A DNA stretch of 64,000 bases from Magallana gigas (taxonomy: Eukaryota): contig NC_088861.1 in assembly GCF_963853765.1 (NCBI RefSeq), positions 11,718,001-11,782,000 of the forward strand. Direction: 5' to 3'. Below are positions 11,407-24,029 of this stretch, piece after piece. A program made the translations under genes and the position numbers. Under the pieces are notes generated by a model that saw only the letters and a program-made list of their open reading frames with translations, was not told the DNA's origin and made no database searches. The stretch's first letter is position 1. Every line of letters starts with the position of its first letter.

Positions 11407-12022
11407 TGTAAACTATAGGGTTTGAGACAATTATTTTAATTTAATAATAATAAACATATTGATTATTTTTTATAATATATTTACGATATAATATATTGAC
11501 CTTTTACAATGTACTTACTATAAAGTACATTGACCTGGAATCTGGTCAGGATGTGAAAGTGCAAGACTTTTCCGAGACATTTCCGAAGTAGTAAACAAAC
11601 TGTTAATCGGATTAAGGACAGTGTAAACAAAACCAGGATGTACATCTATTTAGAGGAGCCGATAAAGGAACAATAATTGAACATTACTAAAATTTATGTT
11701 AACATTATATTAATTTTTAAATAAGACTGTGACGTTAAATTAAAGACAGCAGAAATTTATATTATATTATAAATTATTTTGTGAGTTTTCAGGATTTTAT
11801 CATGATCTATTATAGAACTTAATAGTACAAATGATTATGGAATTTGTTTACTTGAATATTAATTTGTTTATTTTGTACGTAAATGACTGTTATGTATGTA
11901 ATCATGTAAAATATACTCGACGGCACTCTTGCGAGGGAGCAACTATACGATCCTCCATACGATCTGGACCTGTACCAAATAAACTATTGGAAAAGACGTT
12001 TGACTTGTCTTATTGGCTTACA
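11407..12022 (+). repeat. 3' LTR
   Basis: Direct repeat of 3308-3924, followed by TSD ATGA. Confidence 0.97.
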
Positions 12023-12044
12023 ATGAGTTGATTTCGTTGAATAT

Positions 12045-12112
12045 AATCATAGCTAAGTGGTTAAAGTATCGGGCTTGTTAATCACAGATCATGGGTATGA
12101 ATCCGCCTTGGG
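12045..12112 (+). repeat. Degenerate tRNA-derived (SINE-like) fragment
   Basis: A-box-like TAGCTAAGTGGTTAAAG and B-box-like GGGTATGAATCC at tRNA-like spacing. No intact cloverleaf. Confidence 0.4.
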
Positions 12113-12551
12113 CTTTGTTTATCTTTACTGAGAGAAACTCTTGAAAATCATTTTGTTTTCAAAATTACAAATACATTTTTGCCTATTTGACTTCTATGCA
12201 TCTTATACGTCATGCAATCAATCATAATCAAGTAATGTTCTTCTGATTTAAGAAACTATCTCATGGTGTAGTGAGCCACCCTAAACAGGATAATCTCGAA
12301 AATAATTTTTTTTTTACGTTAACCATTTTTTTTCAAAGGAAAAATATGTTTTCATGACATATATAAATAAGGATATTATTAACATTATTTAGCTATATAT
12401 TTTTTGTTGGTAATTCCCTAGGGTAAAACTCAATATTTGATATGAAAAGGAAATCAAACGAAATTATCAATGGTATTTGGCACGATATCCACAAGGATTA
12501 TTTTGTGTTAACCATAATTGTTTTGCAGCAGACTTTCTTGCTTGATTTCAG

Positions 12552-13008
12552 GAAAAGAAAGCACATTATAGTAATACCGCAAATGATGCAGTTTTACCAA
12601 ACATAAAAACTACCTTTTTTAAAAAAGTGTTTATTCGCCGGTTATTGAAAAGGAGTTATCCAGTAACGTTGTTTGTAAGGTGAAATGTTTTCATGAATTC
12701 AATGTTGTTTCAGACGAAGATTTGCCTGTTGACTTGGAAGACATGGGCCAAGAGGACGGAATATTAGTGTCAGAAACGTATAGTGGTGAGAATGTGAATC
12801 GATGCACAAGCCATGTCTTCATTGACATTAAAAAATTTTCAAAGTCATCTAATCAAAATGAGGAGAAGGTTCTTTGTGACATAAATAGTAATTTAAGTAG
12901 TAATAATAATGTGTTCAATGGTGAACGACTGCACTGGTCACCCAGCATGAAAAACAGATCTCTTTCATCTGCCTCCAAATCCGTGGCTCATAATATCGCC
13001 TTTAACGT
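12552..13008 (+). pseudogene. Probable upstream low-complexity exon of the TULP4-like gene, frameshifted
   Basis: Acceptor TTGATTTCAG at 12551 and a Ser/Asn/Glu-rich reading frame (ORF 12680-13021). A frame change is needed at the T6A6 run (~12615-12626); the donor is weak. Assignment to TULP4 is by position only. Confidence 0.35.
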
Positions 13009-13746
13009 AGTCTATCCATAACTAAGGCAAATTAACAATTTGCATTGATCTATACTACATTAAATTCATATTTTAAAGTTATTATGGGGGTGACATAAAC
13101 CAATTTCAAATTCTGGAATATGTATGAAGTCACTTAAAATAACATTTTTGCACTTAAAACTTTTTTTAGAGTTGTCTGCCCTTAAGGAAAACTTTAAAAA
13201 ATCATTTTCTGAAAATATGTATGGTAAATAATGATTTACTTGTATTAAAAAATATAATGAAAATGCATTTTAACAATTGACTTATAAGTTAACTTGAACT
13301 TATGGTTAATTTGTTTATATTTATTTTGTATAGTCCGATATTCAAGAAAAAGTCTTGACATTTTAATCCAAGCAATTACCATAACGGGGATGAAGAACGG
13401 ACGATAAAAGATGGAAAGTATTACCTATGTTTTAAAAACCTGGAAACTTTCCAGAAATCACAACTTAAACAGAACGTATCTTTTGCATTTTGTAAATCTC
13501 TGTCAAACCAAAGAGAGATAACTTTCTTTCATACCTTCCGTTATTTGTAATATCTGGATCATAGTTAAATACTTTCTTTTGTGATCTATGTATTCAACAT
13601 CTGATTAATTATATATATGTTTGATATGCTTCTAACATTTATATGTGTAAGTATTTGATAATATTTTAAGCTTCACTCAGATAGTTAACTGAAATGGTGT
13701 AATGGGAATCTTTAGATAATTTTTTTTCTTCAAATTTTATGTAAAG

Positions 13747-15859
13747 CTGCAAAAGTGAGCTGGAACGAGACCAGCCAGGTGTATCAGCTAGACTTTGGGG
13801 TGACGGTCAGCCAGGAGTCTGCAAAAAACTTCGAAATAGAGTTCCAAAGTCATCAGGTTTGTCCATACCTAATTGCTCACGGAAATTTGGGGTTTCATTT
13901 ACAATCAAATTTATTTAATGTTGTAATTTGATGTCTTTTTTGTATTCTAATTAGTCATTGTTTGCTTGTATCAAGAACAATGCTACAAAAAAGTTCTAAA
14001 AGGTTTTTATTGAAATTAAAAACAGATTACATTGTGTTACAATACAATACATTTCATTGATTCAAGACCCATTATGATGTGAAAAACCCCCCATTACTTT
14101 ATTCTTTCTGGAAAAAAAACATGACGGTTATTTTCCTTAAAGAAAACGTTTTCATTTTTATGCATACATATTGTATTTAGATTTTCAAGGTAAATAACGA
14201 AAGTTTTGTTTTCATTAATGAGACACATACAAGTATATCAAAAGTGGTTCAAAAGATATTTTTTAACTTGTATTGCTATAAATTAAAGAAAAGCAGTCTA
14301 AGCAAAGTTTATCTGTAGAAGATGAGAATTGATTCAATGACTAATGCATTTATCATTAACGAAATATTATCGAAGTAGCTGAAAGAACTTGATAACTTAT
14401 TTTTTTGCAAGCCATGTTTTGTTGACACAATTTAACGATTTGAATCGGTGTTACAAGTATGTCGCATGATCAAAGTCGCTTTTTTCTGTCGTTGTGTTAT
14501 CAAAAGATGTATCTGAACTTTATATTTGATCCCGGAAACAAATACGATAAGTCGCAGACTTTGGGGAAAAAGGACACTTAAAGATAAATAGAAAATAGAT
14601 TAAATCGTTAGATCATGACAAAGACGCATATACATGCACTGTATTGTTAATCGGTGCTTTAAATGCCCACCTCACCTAAATAAACATTTATCTTCAACTA
14701 CCTGAATCATGTAGATTACATTCTACACTGTCAGGGTGTGCTCTTGACATTTTTATAATGCATTTATATTGTCCTTCACCTGTACAAAATGATTTCGACA
14801 AAGAAAAATTGGGGTAACTCTTGGAAAGTTTTGTTGACTAATTTTGTTAAACTGCGTAGTTCGGTTTTTTTTAAACAATTCAGTTTAATACAATTTCACT
14901 CAGTTTAATACAATTTTTACCAAATTTTGTAAAATAAAAAGTTTTATATTTATGAAAGTTTTTTTTTAAATAAAATGTATGGGTTTCTTATCAATTAATA
15001 CAGACGTTTTATGTATAAAAGTGTGTATGTTAAGTATAAATTTAACAAAATTTAGAAAAGACACGGTTACCTATACGTTTAAAATAGCTTTCACATAAAT
15101 TGGCAACCAAGGAAATACAGAATTTACACCAGGATCTTATTGGACCCTACTGTATATATTTCTAAAAAAAAAAAAAAAAAACCAAACAAATCAGAGATAT
15201 TAACAATTATTGAAAGCACTCCTAATTTGATTTATTTTTCATAAATAAAACCGAAATCGAATTCAAAGCTTTATTTGGTGAATATTACACAGAATGCTCA
15301 TTTAAAACGATTGACTTGGATTTTAATTAGAGCTGTAATCTTCTCTAAGGTTTTCAAATTACTTGTACAGCTTCATCCCTGCTGTAAACATTTCTACAAC
15401 ATGTGCAGATTTCAACTTAAACTAGTTTTAAAGTATATTTCCAAGAAGGAAGGGAATCAAAAAAGTTTGATAAAGACTGAATATCTTTTTAAGGCACATG
15501 TATGAGATTTTATAGAATTAGTTTCCCAAAGAGGAAAGTATCTTAACATCAATGATTCTCTTGGTGGTTTCCAATGCATTCCCACTATATTGCACTAATG
15601 AAAGTAATTATTAATTGCAATTAATTAGACACATTAATTGTAATTAGGATAACATTTGCTTGAGTTTAGTTACAATCTTCGTTTAGACAATAGATTAAAC
15701 CAATAATCATTGAGGGAATAAGTTTGACATTTTGTATCACAGGTGATGCAGTTTGGTAGAATCGGAAGCAATGCGTACACATTGGACTCCCAGTACCCAT
15801 TTACTACCCTGCAGGCTTTTGCTGTAGCTCTAGCAAATGTGACTCAGCGCCTGAAATAG
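13747..15859 (+). CDS. TULP4: Tubby-related protein 4 (TULP4)-like C-terminal exons (~13747-13856 and 15743-15859); possibly a pseudogene copy
   Basis: WNETSQVYQLDFGVTVSQESAKNFEIEFQSHQ, then a GT..AG phase-0 intron (13857-15742), then VMQFGRIGSNAYTLDSQYPFTTLQAFAVALANVTQRLK*. This matches the recalled TULP4 terminus (WNEATQVYQLDFGGRVTQESAKNFQIE..VMQFGRI..AY.LDFQYPFS..QAFAVALANVTQRLK*). Confidence 0.88.
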
Positions 15860-18800
15860 CCTAAAATGCACTAAAGTATGGCTCGACTACGAGGTAGACG
15901 AACAGACGACTTTAGTGCAAATTTTTTTTTTCGCATGCACTTAAAAGAGACCAGATTTAAAAAAAAACAGTTGGGCATAACAAGTGCAAGCGTAACCTAA
16001 TAAGTGGGACTTATCAAAACCGATGAATCATTGTCACCTATTTTGTCTTGTCAGAGAAGGTTATAAACTTTGACAAAATGTTAAGTTTTAAAATCATTTT
16101 TCTCAGCAGGCTGACGCTGTAATCTTTATTGCTAGCAATATTTTCTTTCAATGCAGAAATCAATAGTTTTTGCGAATGAAATACAAGAGCCAATGAAAAG
16201 ACTTCATTAATCCTGTACATTTTAATGCTTTTCTTGTCTCTATATTCTCTAATTGAATGACTTTAACGAAGAGAATTTTAAGTTGTGCGTTGTTATTGTG
16301 AAAAAAGTATACATAATATATAAGTAATTAATGAAAAAAGCAAATGCCTAAAGAGATTTGATTAAAAATTAAAAAGTTATTTCTACTAATATTGTGTAAT
16401 GAATAAGAATTTAAAAATGCTGAATCAATATTATTGCGTTTGTAAAAGATGATGGATTTATGAGTTAAATAAAAACTGAATACATATTAATTGATGATAG
16501 TTCAATAGTTTTTTATGTTTTGTTATTCACACATAAAGCGAGCATAGTAATTTTTTAGTGTCTGCTTATCGTGATAATAATAAGCAACAAAGAAACCAAT
16601 GCAAAATGCTTCCATCATGTTTACGTATTTATTGACGTTTATAATGATGAGCAAGTCTTCTTGAAAAAATATCATCTTTACTTTATGTACCATGAAAATA
16701 ATGAGGAATTATACTTATAATATACATGTAATATGATGATATTGATTCCACTCCGTGTCATCAAAACTTCTAGCACCCCGTTTGTTCGACTGCTGTTGGT
16801 TAAAAAGTTGCGATCGTGGATCTGTTAAAGATACATTTTATGGCTAAGATGGCTCCATCGATAACATTTGCCACCTCTAAGCTCTTTTTACAGAAAACAA
16901 GAGGATGTTAATACCGATCCTTGCAGTAGGCAGTGTTTCCCTGTCGGCATGGCTCAAATATTTTAGCACTATCGAACGAAAGTCCTTTATATATACACAT
17001 ATTCTGTAAGAATGTTGTTTTAATCATCCATCAGTTTTAATTAAGTAGCAAAGTCATTATAATGATATCGATGCTTGCGTCGAAATTCGCTGTTGTTGAA
17101 CCAAATTGCCAACTCGATTTGATAATTGCACGCTGGCATTATATTACTATGCCATAAGGAAAACTTTACTAGTACTGTTTCCGTTGTGATGCTATTCATT
17201 TCTTTATGTGCTTACAATAGTTTCCGATTAGGTATTTTTAAGACATGACAATCACAAAGTAAAAAAGTCATAACACTGACAAAATTAAATCACTTGTCAT
17301 ATATTATATAATTACTTGTTAACCAAACGTACACAATGACGGGACCCTGAAGCGTCTTTGTTTGCAGGGGATATCGACATTGTTTACACACTCTCTTTTT
17401 ATAATTTGAATTTTCTATATAGCGTATCATATATCTTATCTTGCCAAGTAATTTTTTTTTTGGTGGGGGGGGGGGGGGTATCGACCAAGTTGAAGGTATT
17501 TTTATATGTTTTATTTTACTCGTCGACCTGCAATTTGAACTCGGAATGGTTATAAAAACGTGAAATTGGATAATACATAACCGAGAAAACTTTAACAATT
17601 TGTCAAATGATTAATCATAGCTGCAATCCAAGTAGGTAGTTAATATTTAAATAATGTTTCAGATATGCCAAACGGTCTATTAAAGAGCACTCTCGTCACA
17701 TTTCATTGTATTGAATTCGTCAGCAAGACGGAAGAAGGGAATATAATTCTGGAAATTCTAAATTGGGATTATTTTTTTCTCACCATGATATTATTACAAT
17801 TATACGAGGAAATATTGGTTTAAAGAGACCGATTTCATTTTTTTTTTGCGTAAGAAACTGCAATAGAAAAACATTTTTATATTTGCGAAGTTTCAAGAAC
17901 ATCTACTTCTATCTGGTTCGTTTTAGGGACAGACACAGGAACAATTACTAAAGTAATATAAAGGAAATTGTTGTTTTCCGCACTTCAAGTCAAATTTAAA
18001 AAATACTTTAATAGCGCTTTTGCTCAATTTGTAAGATGTGATTAATCATATCCTTTTTTTACTTTTTATTAGCAATGTTTCTTAAATTTTGCCAGTTTCA
18101 GTTTTTTTTATGTAAAATGATTGTCTTACAGATACTCTCTGTAAAACACGTTTATAAAAAGATTTTATTCATAGGTTTGAAAAAATATATAAAAAAAGGT
18201 GTTTTTTGATTAATGTAAATAGTTTCTTTTATTTAAAGTGGTATTGGACACCTCCATGTTGTGAAGTATTGTTTATCGAAATAAAAAATGAAGTGTAATT
18301 ATATTTTAAGTAATATATATAAGTAAATCATTGTCACCTTATAGAGTAGCGCAGTGGGTTAGCCCTACTACCAATCTGTAAGTAGGGGTTTTGTTTTTTG
18401 TGTTTTTTTTGTTTTTTTTACATTTTACCTCTCTAAATATTTTCAAAAGTTATTTTTTGGGTTAGATTTTGTAAAATATAAGAATTCTAAAGTATTTATA
18501 TTATTACAATATTATCAGCAGATTTCCCATACAACCTTAAAAAAATCAAAACGATTTATTGACATTAATGGTTACGATTTATAAGATATTAAAATCATGA
18601 ATTTATAAACACCAAATTTTTAACTTTACTACAGTGCAGTGTTACTTGCAACCAAAACACAATTCTCACTTTCTCTTAAAAATATTCAAAATTCGTATAA
18701 AGTAGTTAGCATTCCACCTAAAGTTAGATATTTTCAATGCTCAAAAACATTTTTTGCGCCATTTGTTGAATTATAAGCGAGATACATAGGTCATAATTCT

Positions 18801-19685
18801 TTGTTGACTAAAGTGTAAACATTTTAGGCTTGTGCCCTTTTTTACTTTGAAAAGTAAAATTTCTTCAACAAAATCGAGACCTTGTATTATTTAAGCATTT
18901 AGCTCAGTAGAGCATTGATGCGGGGATTTACATTATATTATCATAGTGTAATTGCTCCCTTATTGGTGATTTTACCAGATACTAAGTAATTAAAAGCCAT
19001 ATATAATATGCATATTCTTTATTTCAAATCATTTTTGTTGAAACTTACATGAATTATTGACAAAGATAAAATGGTTTAATTCAGATGTTAAAAAGACTTT
19101 AACCAATTAAATTAATTTTTTTTTAATGTTTCAAATGGTTCATTTGCGCATTTTGAATAATTGGTCACGATTTGAATGTTGGAAGTCAAGTAGTACGAGA
19201 GATACAGAGGAAATAATTCATTGTTATGTGAACAAACCTGGAGTCTTACATTTGTTTACAAATACTTTAGATATGGATTTACCATTTTTTGGACAAAATG
19301 ACTCGTGGCAAACAAGGTAAACTGATTCTAAGTGTTCAAAAAAAATATTATCAACCGAAGAAAGCAACATTTGATTGAAACTTATACTTATAAAACGCAT
19401 CCAATGTATGTTTCCCAAACAGAGAATATTATATTTTGGCAAAGCATCGAAAATACCTATATTTTACTATTTACTATTCTAAACATTAAAAATGGAAAAA
19501 CAATATTTTAAAACTCAGAGCTTAAATCGCTTCTACGTCATTTAACAAAAAATATATCTTGTGGCAAATACCAAAACAGATATTATTACTTGCCCACATA
19601 CAGAATATTTATTTTTATATAAAAAGAAAAAACACAAATAACAAAGATGATTGATCAAGCCATTGAGTGCAAGATGTTTTCGTTT

Positions 19686-20465
19686 TTACAGGTAAATAAT
19701 TATCAATGGCTTTTTGGGGTTTGATTTCCCTCCTAATGCTTTCCCAAGGCGACCGATAGCTTTTTGGATCTTTTTACCGTTTTTGCCGAATCTGCAAGAA
19801 TTAGAAAGAAATTTTGGAAATGCGCAATGACATTAAACGTTTCTGTCTTTATAAGATGCAAAATACATCCTCCCCTATTAAAAAGAATAAAAGACCGTTA
19901 AACGTAAATATATTATCTACCTTTCAGTAAAAAGTGTAACAACCTCATTACGGCATTGCGGGTTCAATGGCAAAAAGATTCTGCTTCTGGACGATTTGGT
20001 ACTGTCTTTTCGTCGTTGGGATATCTCCGAATCTGTATTAAAAAGTTACAAAGCACCATATCGTTGTAGACCTCTAATATTATATCTCCAATAAAAATTG
20101 CATTTACGCATGGAACTTTTTACTCTTCACGTTATTTTTTACTTGAAGAGTTTTTTCAGCTAGCGATAAACAAAACTACATATGTTTCGATACACTTAGA
20201 GTTTTAAAAAACCACAATGAAATATAGAACTTCTGTTGTCGGTGTGCTTTTATTCTAAAAGGGCATGATCACAATTTTGGTTAAACCTTATTTTTCTATT
20301 TTTATTGTTTAAAATGCTTAAGAAAAGTGTTTCTAATTATCAACAAAACTTTGAGTATCGTAAAACTAGAAGCAAAATAAAGAGCCCAAAATTCGTTGTC
20401 ATATAAACAAGACTCATGCCCTTGTTTTGTTATCATTGTTTCAATAAATCGTTAAAGTTATTTTC

Positions 20466-20551
<86 letters not shown>

Positions 20552-22019
20552 ATTCATTTTAAGCAGAAATAAATAATCCTATTCACTTTAGATCTAAAAC
20601 AAAAAGTTTTGCTTCGAATTTCAAAACGTGAACAAAAACCTTGTTCACATTACAAAATATTATGAGCTCTATATCTCGCTTGTAACACGACGAATTACCC
20701 TCAAAATTTTGGGGGAATATTAGAAATTCCTTACTGAACCATTGGAAACATGCAAATCGGAAACATGATTTTTGACTAAAGTCGTGACTGTGTACTTTAA
20801 AGTAAACAGTTTTAATCTGTATACTTTGCTACATTTAACGTTTTGTTGTTCTGATACAAGGACGAGTTGTATACCATGGATATACTACATAATAATTAAC
20901 ATATAAGCGACCATAAAGCTAAAAGACAATGGTTTTGCACAAATTAAAGTTATTTTTAATGCTATAAACACGGGTTTGCAACTATTTAACGAATTGCTAT
21001 ATCTAGGATGCGATGAACAATGAATTGATATAACGTTTTAAAACTTACTATTTCCACATGCTGTTTTCACGTCCTTTTGTGTACATTGTCCTGTATGCCG
21101 TTTGTAAACTCCGTCTAAACAACAAACAAATAACATTGTAATCTATGGAAATCGTGCAGATGCATATATGTTTAATGATAACATTTATGACTAATTCATT
21201 TGACTATACAGTTACACTTAATACTTGGGATAAGTAACTTTTAACGAATTGAAAAATCTAAATACGACCATGCATTCCCCTTCCTTTTATCGTTAAGATG
21301 GCTTTTTTTAAATTCAAGAATTATATGTCTGACTCAATACATACCTGCACAACAGTCAACTTCCTCATTCTCTTGATATCTTTCGTGAACACCTGAACTT
21401 TTGCAGCAAATATGTGTTCTGTTACGCATAGTCTTTTTGGCAATTTCTAATGTGATAACAAACGATATATATACATTGCTTTAAATGAAAAAANNNNNNN
21501 NNNNNNNNNNNNNNNNNNNNNNNNNNNNNNNNNNNNNNNNNNNNNNNNNNNNNNNNNNNNNNNNNNNNNNNNNNNNNNNNNNNNNNNNNNNNNNNNNNNN
21601 NNNNNNNNNNNNNNNNNNNNNNNNNNNNNNNNNNNNNNNNNNNNNNNNNNNNNNAATCATTTTACCGTTATTTTTTTCAGCTTAAAAACATCTCATTTCG
21701 TTTACGGCAAATAATTGTAAAAGCCGTGCATTTCGTTTCTTACCCCCACAGCAGTCCATTTCCAGGCCTAGCTCAAATCTGTCTCGAACCCCTGCTTTTG
21801 GGCAGCAGATCTGTGTTGCTAGGTTAAACACTGCGTTTGTGATTTTACCATTTTTTTCATATACACACTTGCAATCTACAACTAAAAGGTTATAAAGTTA
21901 TCGTATGTTTACAAGTAGTTCTTACTTGAAATTTTATCCCTTCTTCGAATTCTTTAACCACCTTTAGCAACAGCCGTTTTGCAAAAAAATGCAACAATCA
22001 TCAAATGAAAAATGACCAT
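19686..22019 (-). CDS. Secreted galaxin-like Cys-rich protein, paralog E (6 exons, 193 aa, frame intact)
   Basis: Exons 22019-21962, 21881-21744, 21446-21345, 21114-21049, 20032-19921 and 19791-19686, all with GT-AG boundaries. MVIFHLMIVAFFCKTAVAK|VVDCKCVYEKNGKITNAVFNLATQICCPKAGVRDRFELGLEMDCCG|EIAKKTMRNRTHICCKSSGVHERYQENEEVDCCA|DGVYKRHTGQCTQKDVKTACGN|NSEISQRRKDSTKSSRSRIFLPLNPQCRNEVVTLFTE|RFGKNGKKIQKAIGRLGKALGGKSNPKKPLIIIYL*. An N gap lies within intron 2. Confidence 0.85.
20259..20796. mobile_element. Kolobok-type non-autonomous element (MITE) inside intron 4 of paralog E
   Basis: Left end AAGGGCATGATCACAATTTTGG; imperfect inverted right end CTAAAGTCGTGACTGTGTACT followed by TTAA. The body resembles 56516-56941. 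Confidence 0.55.
20469..20546. repeat. (TC)39 microsatellite
   Basis: Perfect dinucleotide run. Confidence 0.99.
21494..21654. other. Assembly gap (N run)
   Basis: 161 N. Confidence 1.
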
Positions 22020-22869
22020 CTTGAGGAGTGTTGACCTATCAAGTATTACTTCAAGCAAATGGTGCCAAGGCCCTTAGAAATTCACTATGGTCTCATTTCA
22101 GTCCAACATGCCTTTATAAGCTACAAGCTTCATTGAAGTGTCACTAGGGTGTCATCGTGAAATCCCCAGATTTATTTTTAATTTTGTTTCAAATTGCATC
22201 AGATCTTTAACCTTGTGTTATTCTTTCTATGCAACATATGTAACTATGTTTTTGTCAATCTTTAAGTAAATTTAGTTAAAACTGATAATTACGATTCCTG
22301 ACAGAGTGGTTGTTTTAAAAAAAAATCCAGCAAACAGAAGAGTAGATATTATTTCAAAGAGGTCGAAACACATATTCTTTAAAAGTACAAACAAACGTAA
22401 ACCAACGTATATTTCGATAAAATTAAAAACAATATCCACTTACAACAAATATTTGGGATTTAACAAAAGTAGGATTGCTGCTTTTGAAAACAGTTACAAT
22501 ATTTGTATGCGAGTTTGCCACGGACACAATTAAAATCACAAAGATGTGGTGTTCCTTTATTGAAAAAATCGCCGTTTCAACCTATTTTATTTGGCGAAGA
22601 ATGATTTACCTGTTTCTAATATAAACGTGGCGTTCTAGTCTTTTTTGAATGATTTTTCTATTAATTAAAACAAGTTTCACTTTATTGTTTTCAAAATGCG
22701 TTATGTCTTTACTTTTCAATCTACTGCATGTATTAGTATCGCAAAATAATTTATGATTTTTTTAAATATAGAAAAGCAACATTAATAGAATCAAATACAT
22801 TTAAAAGAATTCATATGGAATGATTTGATTGTAAAATTGAAGTATTTCTTTAACATTTCGGTAATTTAA

Positions 22870-23206
22870 AGCAATATGAGCTGTATTGTTTAGAATTTTA
22901 TTTTGCTGCAAAAACCTGCTAGTATGATAAGTCTGCATATAACTTAAACTTTCACGATAAATAAGGTTTGAAAAAATCATTAATTTTTTTCAAAGGAAAT
23001 ACTTCTCTTCTAAGGAATATATTGCAAATCAATTTTTGTACAGGACGACAGTAATTCACTTTTGCACCAAATAAGGCTTCTTAGCGACCTTTTCCACAAA
23101 AATATGGCTAACAGAAATTTAAAAACCATGATTTTTTGTCATTTTAGTAGAAAAGAACATGTTAGTAAAAAAACAATTCAACATAAAAAATGCAGCTCAT
23201 ATTGCT
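22870..23206. mobile_element. Kolobok-type MITE with perfect 14-bp TIRs and TTAA TSD
   Basis: TTAA|AGCAATATGAGCTG ... CAGCTCATATTGCT|TTAA. AG...CT termini with a TTAA target are the Kolobok signature. Confidence 0.85.
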
Positions 23207-24029
23207 TTAAAAATTAGGTGTCAGTAACGTGCCTAGTTTAATTCTTGTCCAAAGGAACGGTAAAAAGACCAAGTTAATAGACAAGCAAGGTTTTTATTCC
23301 TTTGTGTTCTTATATATTATCCTAAAGAGCAGCCAAAGGTTTACTACTTAGAGGAAGCGGAAAGGTAGTCTGTCTTGTCTGTAATTCACAATGTAGACAA
23401 TGTATTATGTTGCATCATTTTCCACAACTGTTTGGTGTTTTTGTTCGATGCATAATGCATACCTTTTTTTCGGTGCACTATTTTGCTTCTTGTACGGTAA
23501 CAACCGAGAAAATGATTGTTTTTGTGTCCCTTGATACAATAAAAGCACTAGAATTGCTTTAGTCTGAAGAATGATAGGAATTTAGTAAACATACTTTTGC
23601 ATCTTATACTCATTTTTCTGCATTTTCATTCTTTAAACTATTCTTTTGGAATTCAGTTACATTTAAACGTATATGTAATCCATCCATCCATACAGTATTT
23701 TAAACTCAGGTGTAAAAAGGTCAGACGCGACCTATCTGACATTATTGTTGATTTTTTCCTATTTTTACAATGTGAATATTTCCGCTACGTATTTTCAAAA
23801 TTATATTTTCATGTTTTATGATATTTTTCTTTTTGTATTCCATATTTTCATTTAAGAAAATATACTACTACTTAATCAATAAGTATACCATTGCATATAT
23901 GCTGTTAAAAGAAAAATTCAAAGTATTCTCATTCAAAAACAGCCGGGCGGTACACCTTGAGTAATTGGGAATGAACATGTTTAAATGCAAGTAAAGAAGA
24001 AAAGAATTATCAAGGAGAATTGTGTCCTT

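Larger units (their letters stand above)
3308..12022 (+). mobile_element. Ty3/Gypsy LTR retrotransposon with both LTRs and three ORFs (gag, pol, env-like); inactive copy
   Basis: Two ~617-bp LTRs with TGTAA...TTACA termini, 4-bp TSD ATGA (3304-3307 and 12023-12026), PBS, PPT, and domain order gag-PR-RT-RH-IN-env. Confidence 0.97.

Noticed and set aside
16745-17160. GC-richer, coding-looking island
   Set aside because: The frames I translated are interrupted and I recognise no family.
18335-18925. tRNA A-box-like motifs (AGAGTAGCGCAGTGGGTTAG; TAGCTCAGTAGAGCA)
   Set aside because: No B box or cloverleaf; at most SINE debris, not tRNA genes.
19126-19442. Overlapping 64- and 72-aa ORFs near the 3' end of paralog E
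   Set aside because: No recognisable domain or clear acceptor; probably UTR or intergenic sequence.
22020-22190. Weak LINE RT-like translation on the minus strand
   Set aside because: Too many stops and too little similarity; it lies directly upstream of the paralog E start and is better explained as 5' UTR/promoter.
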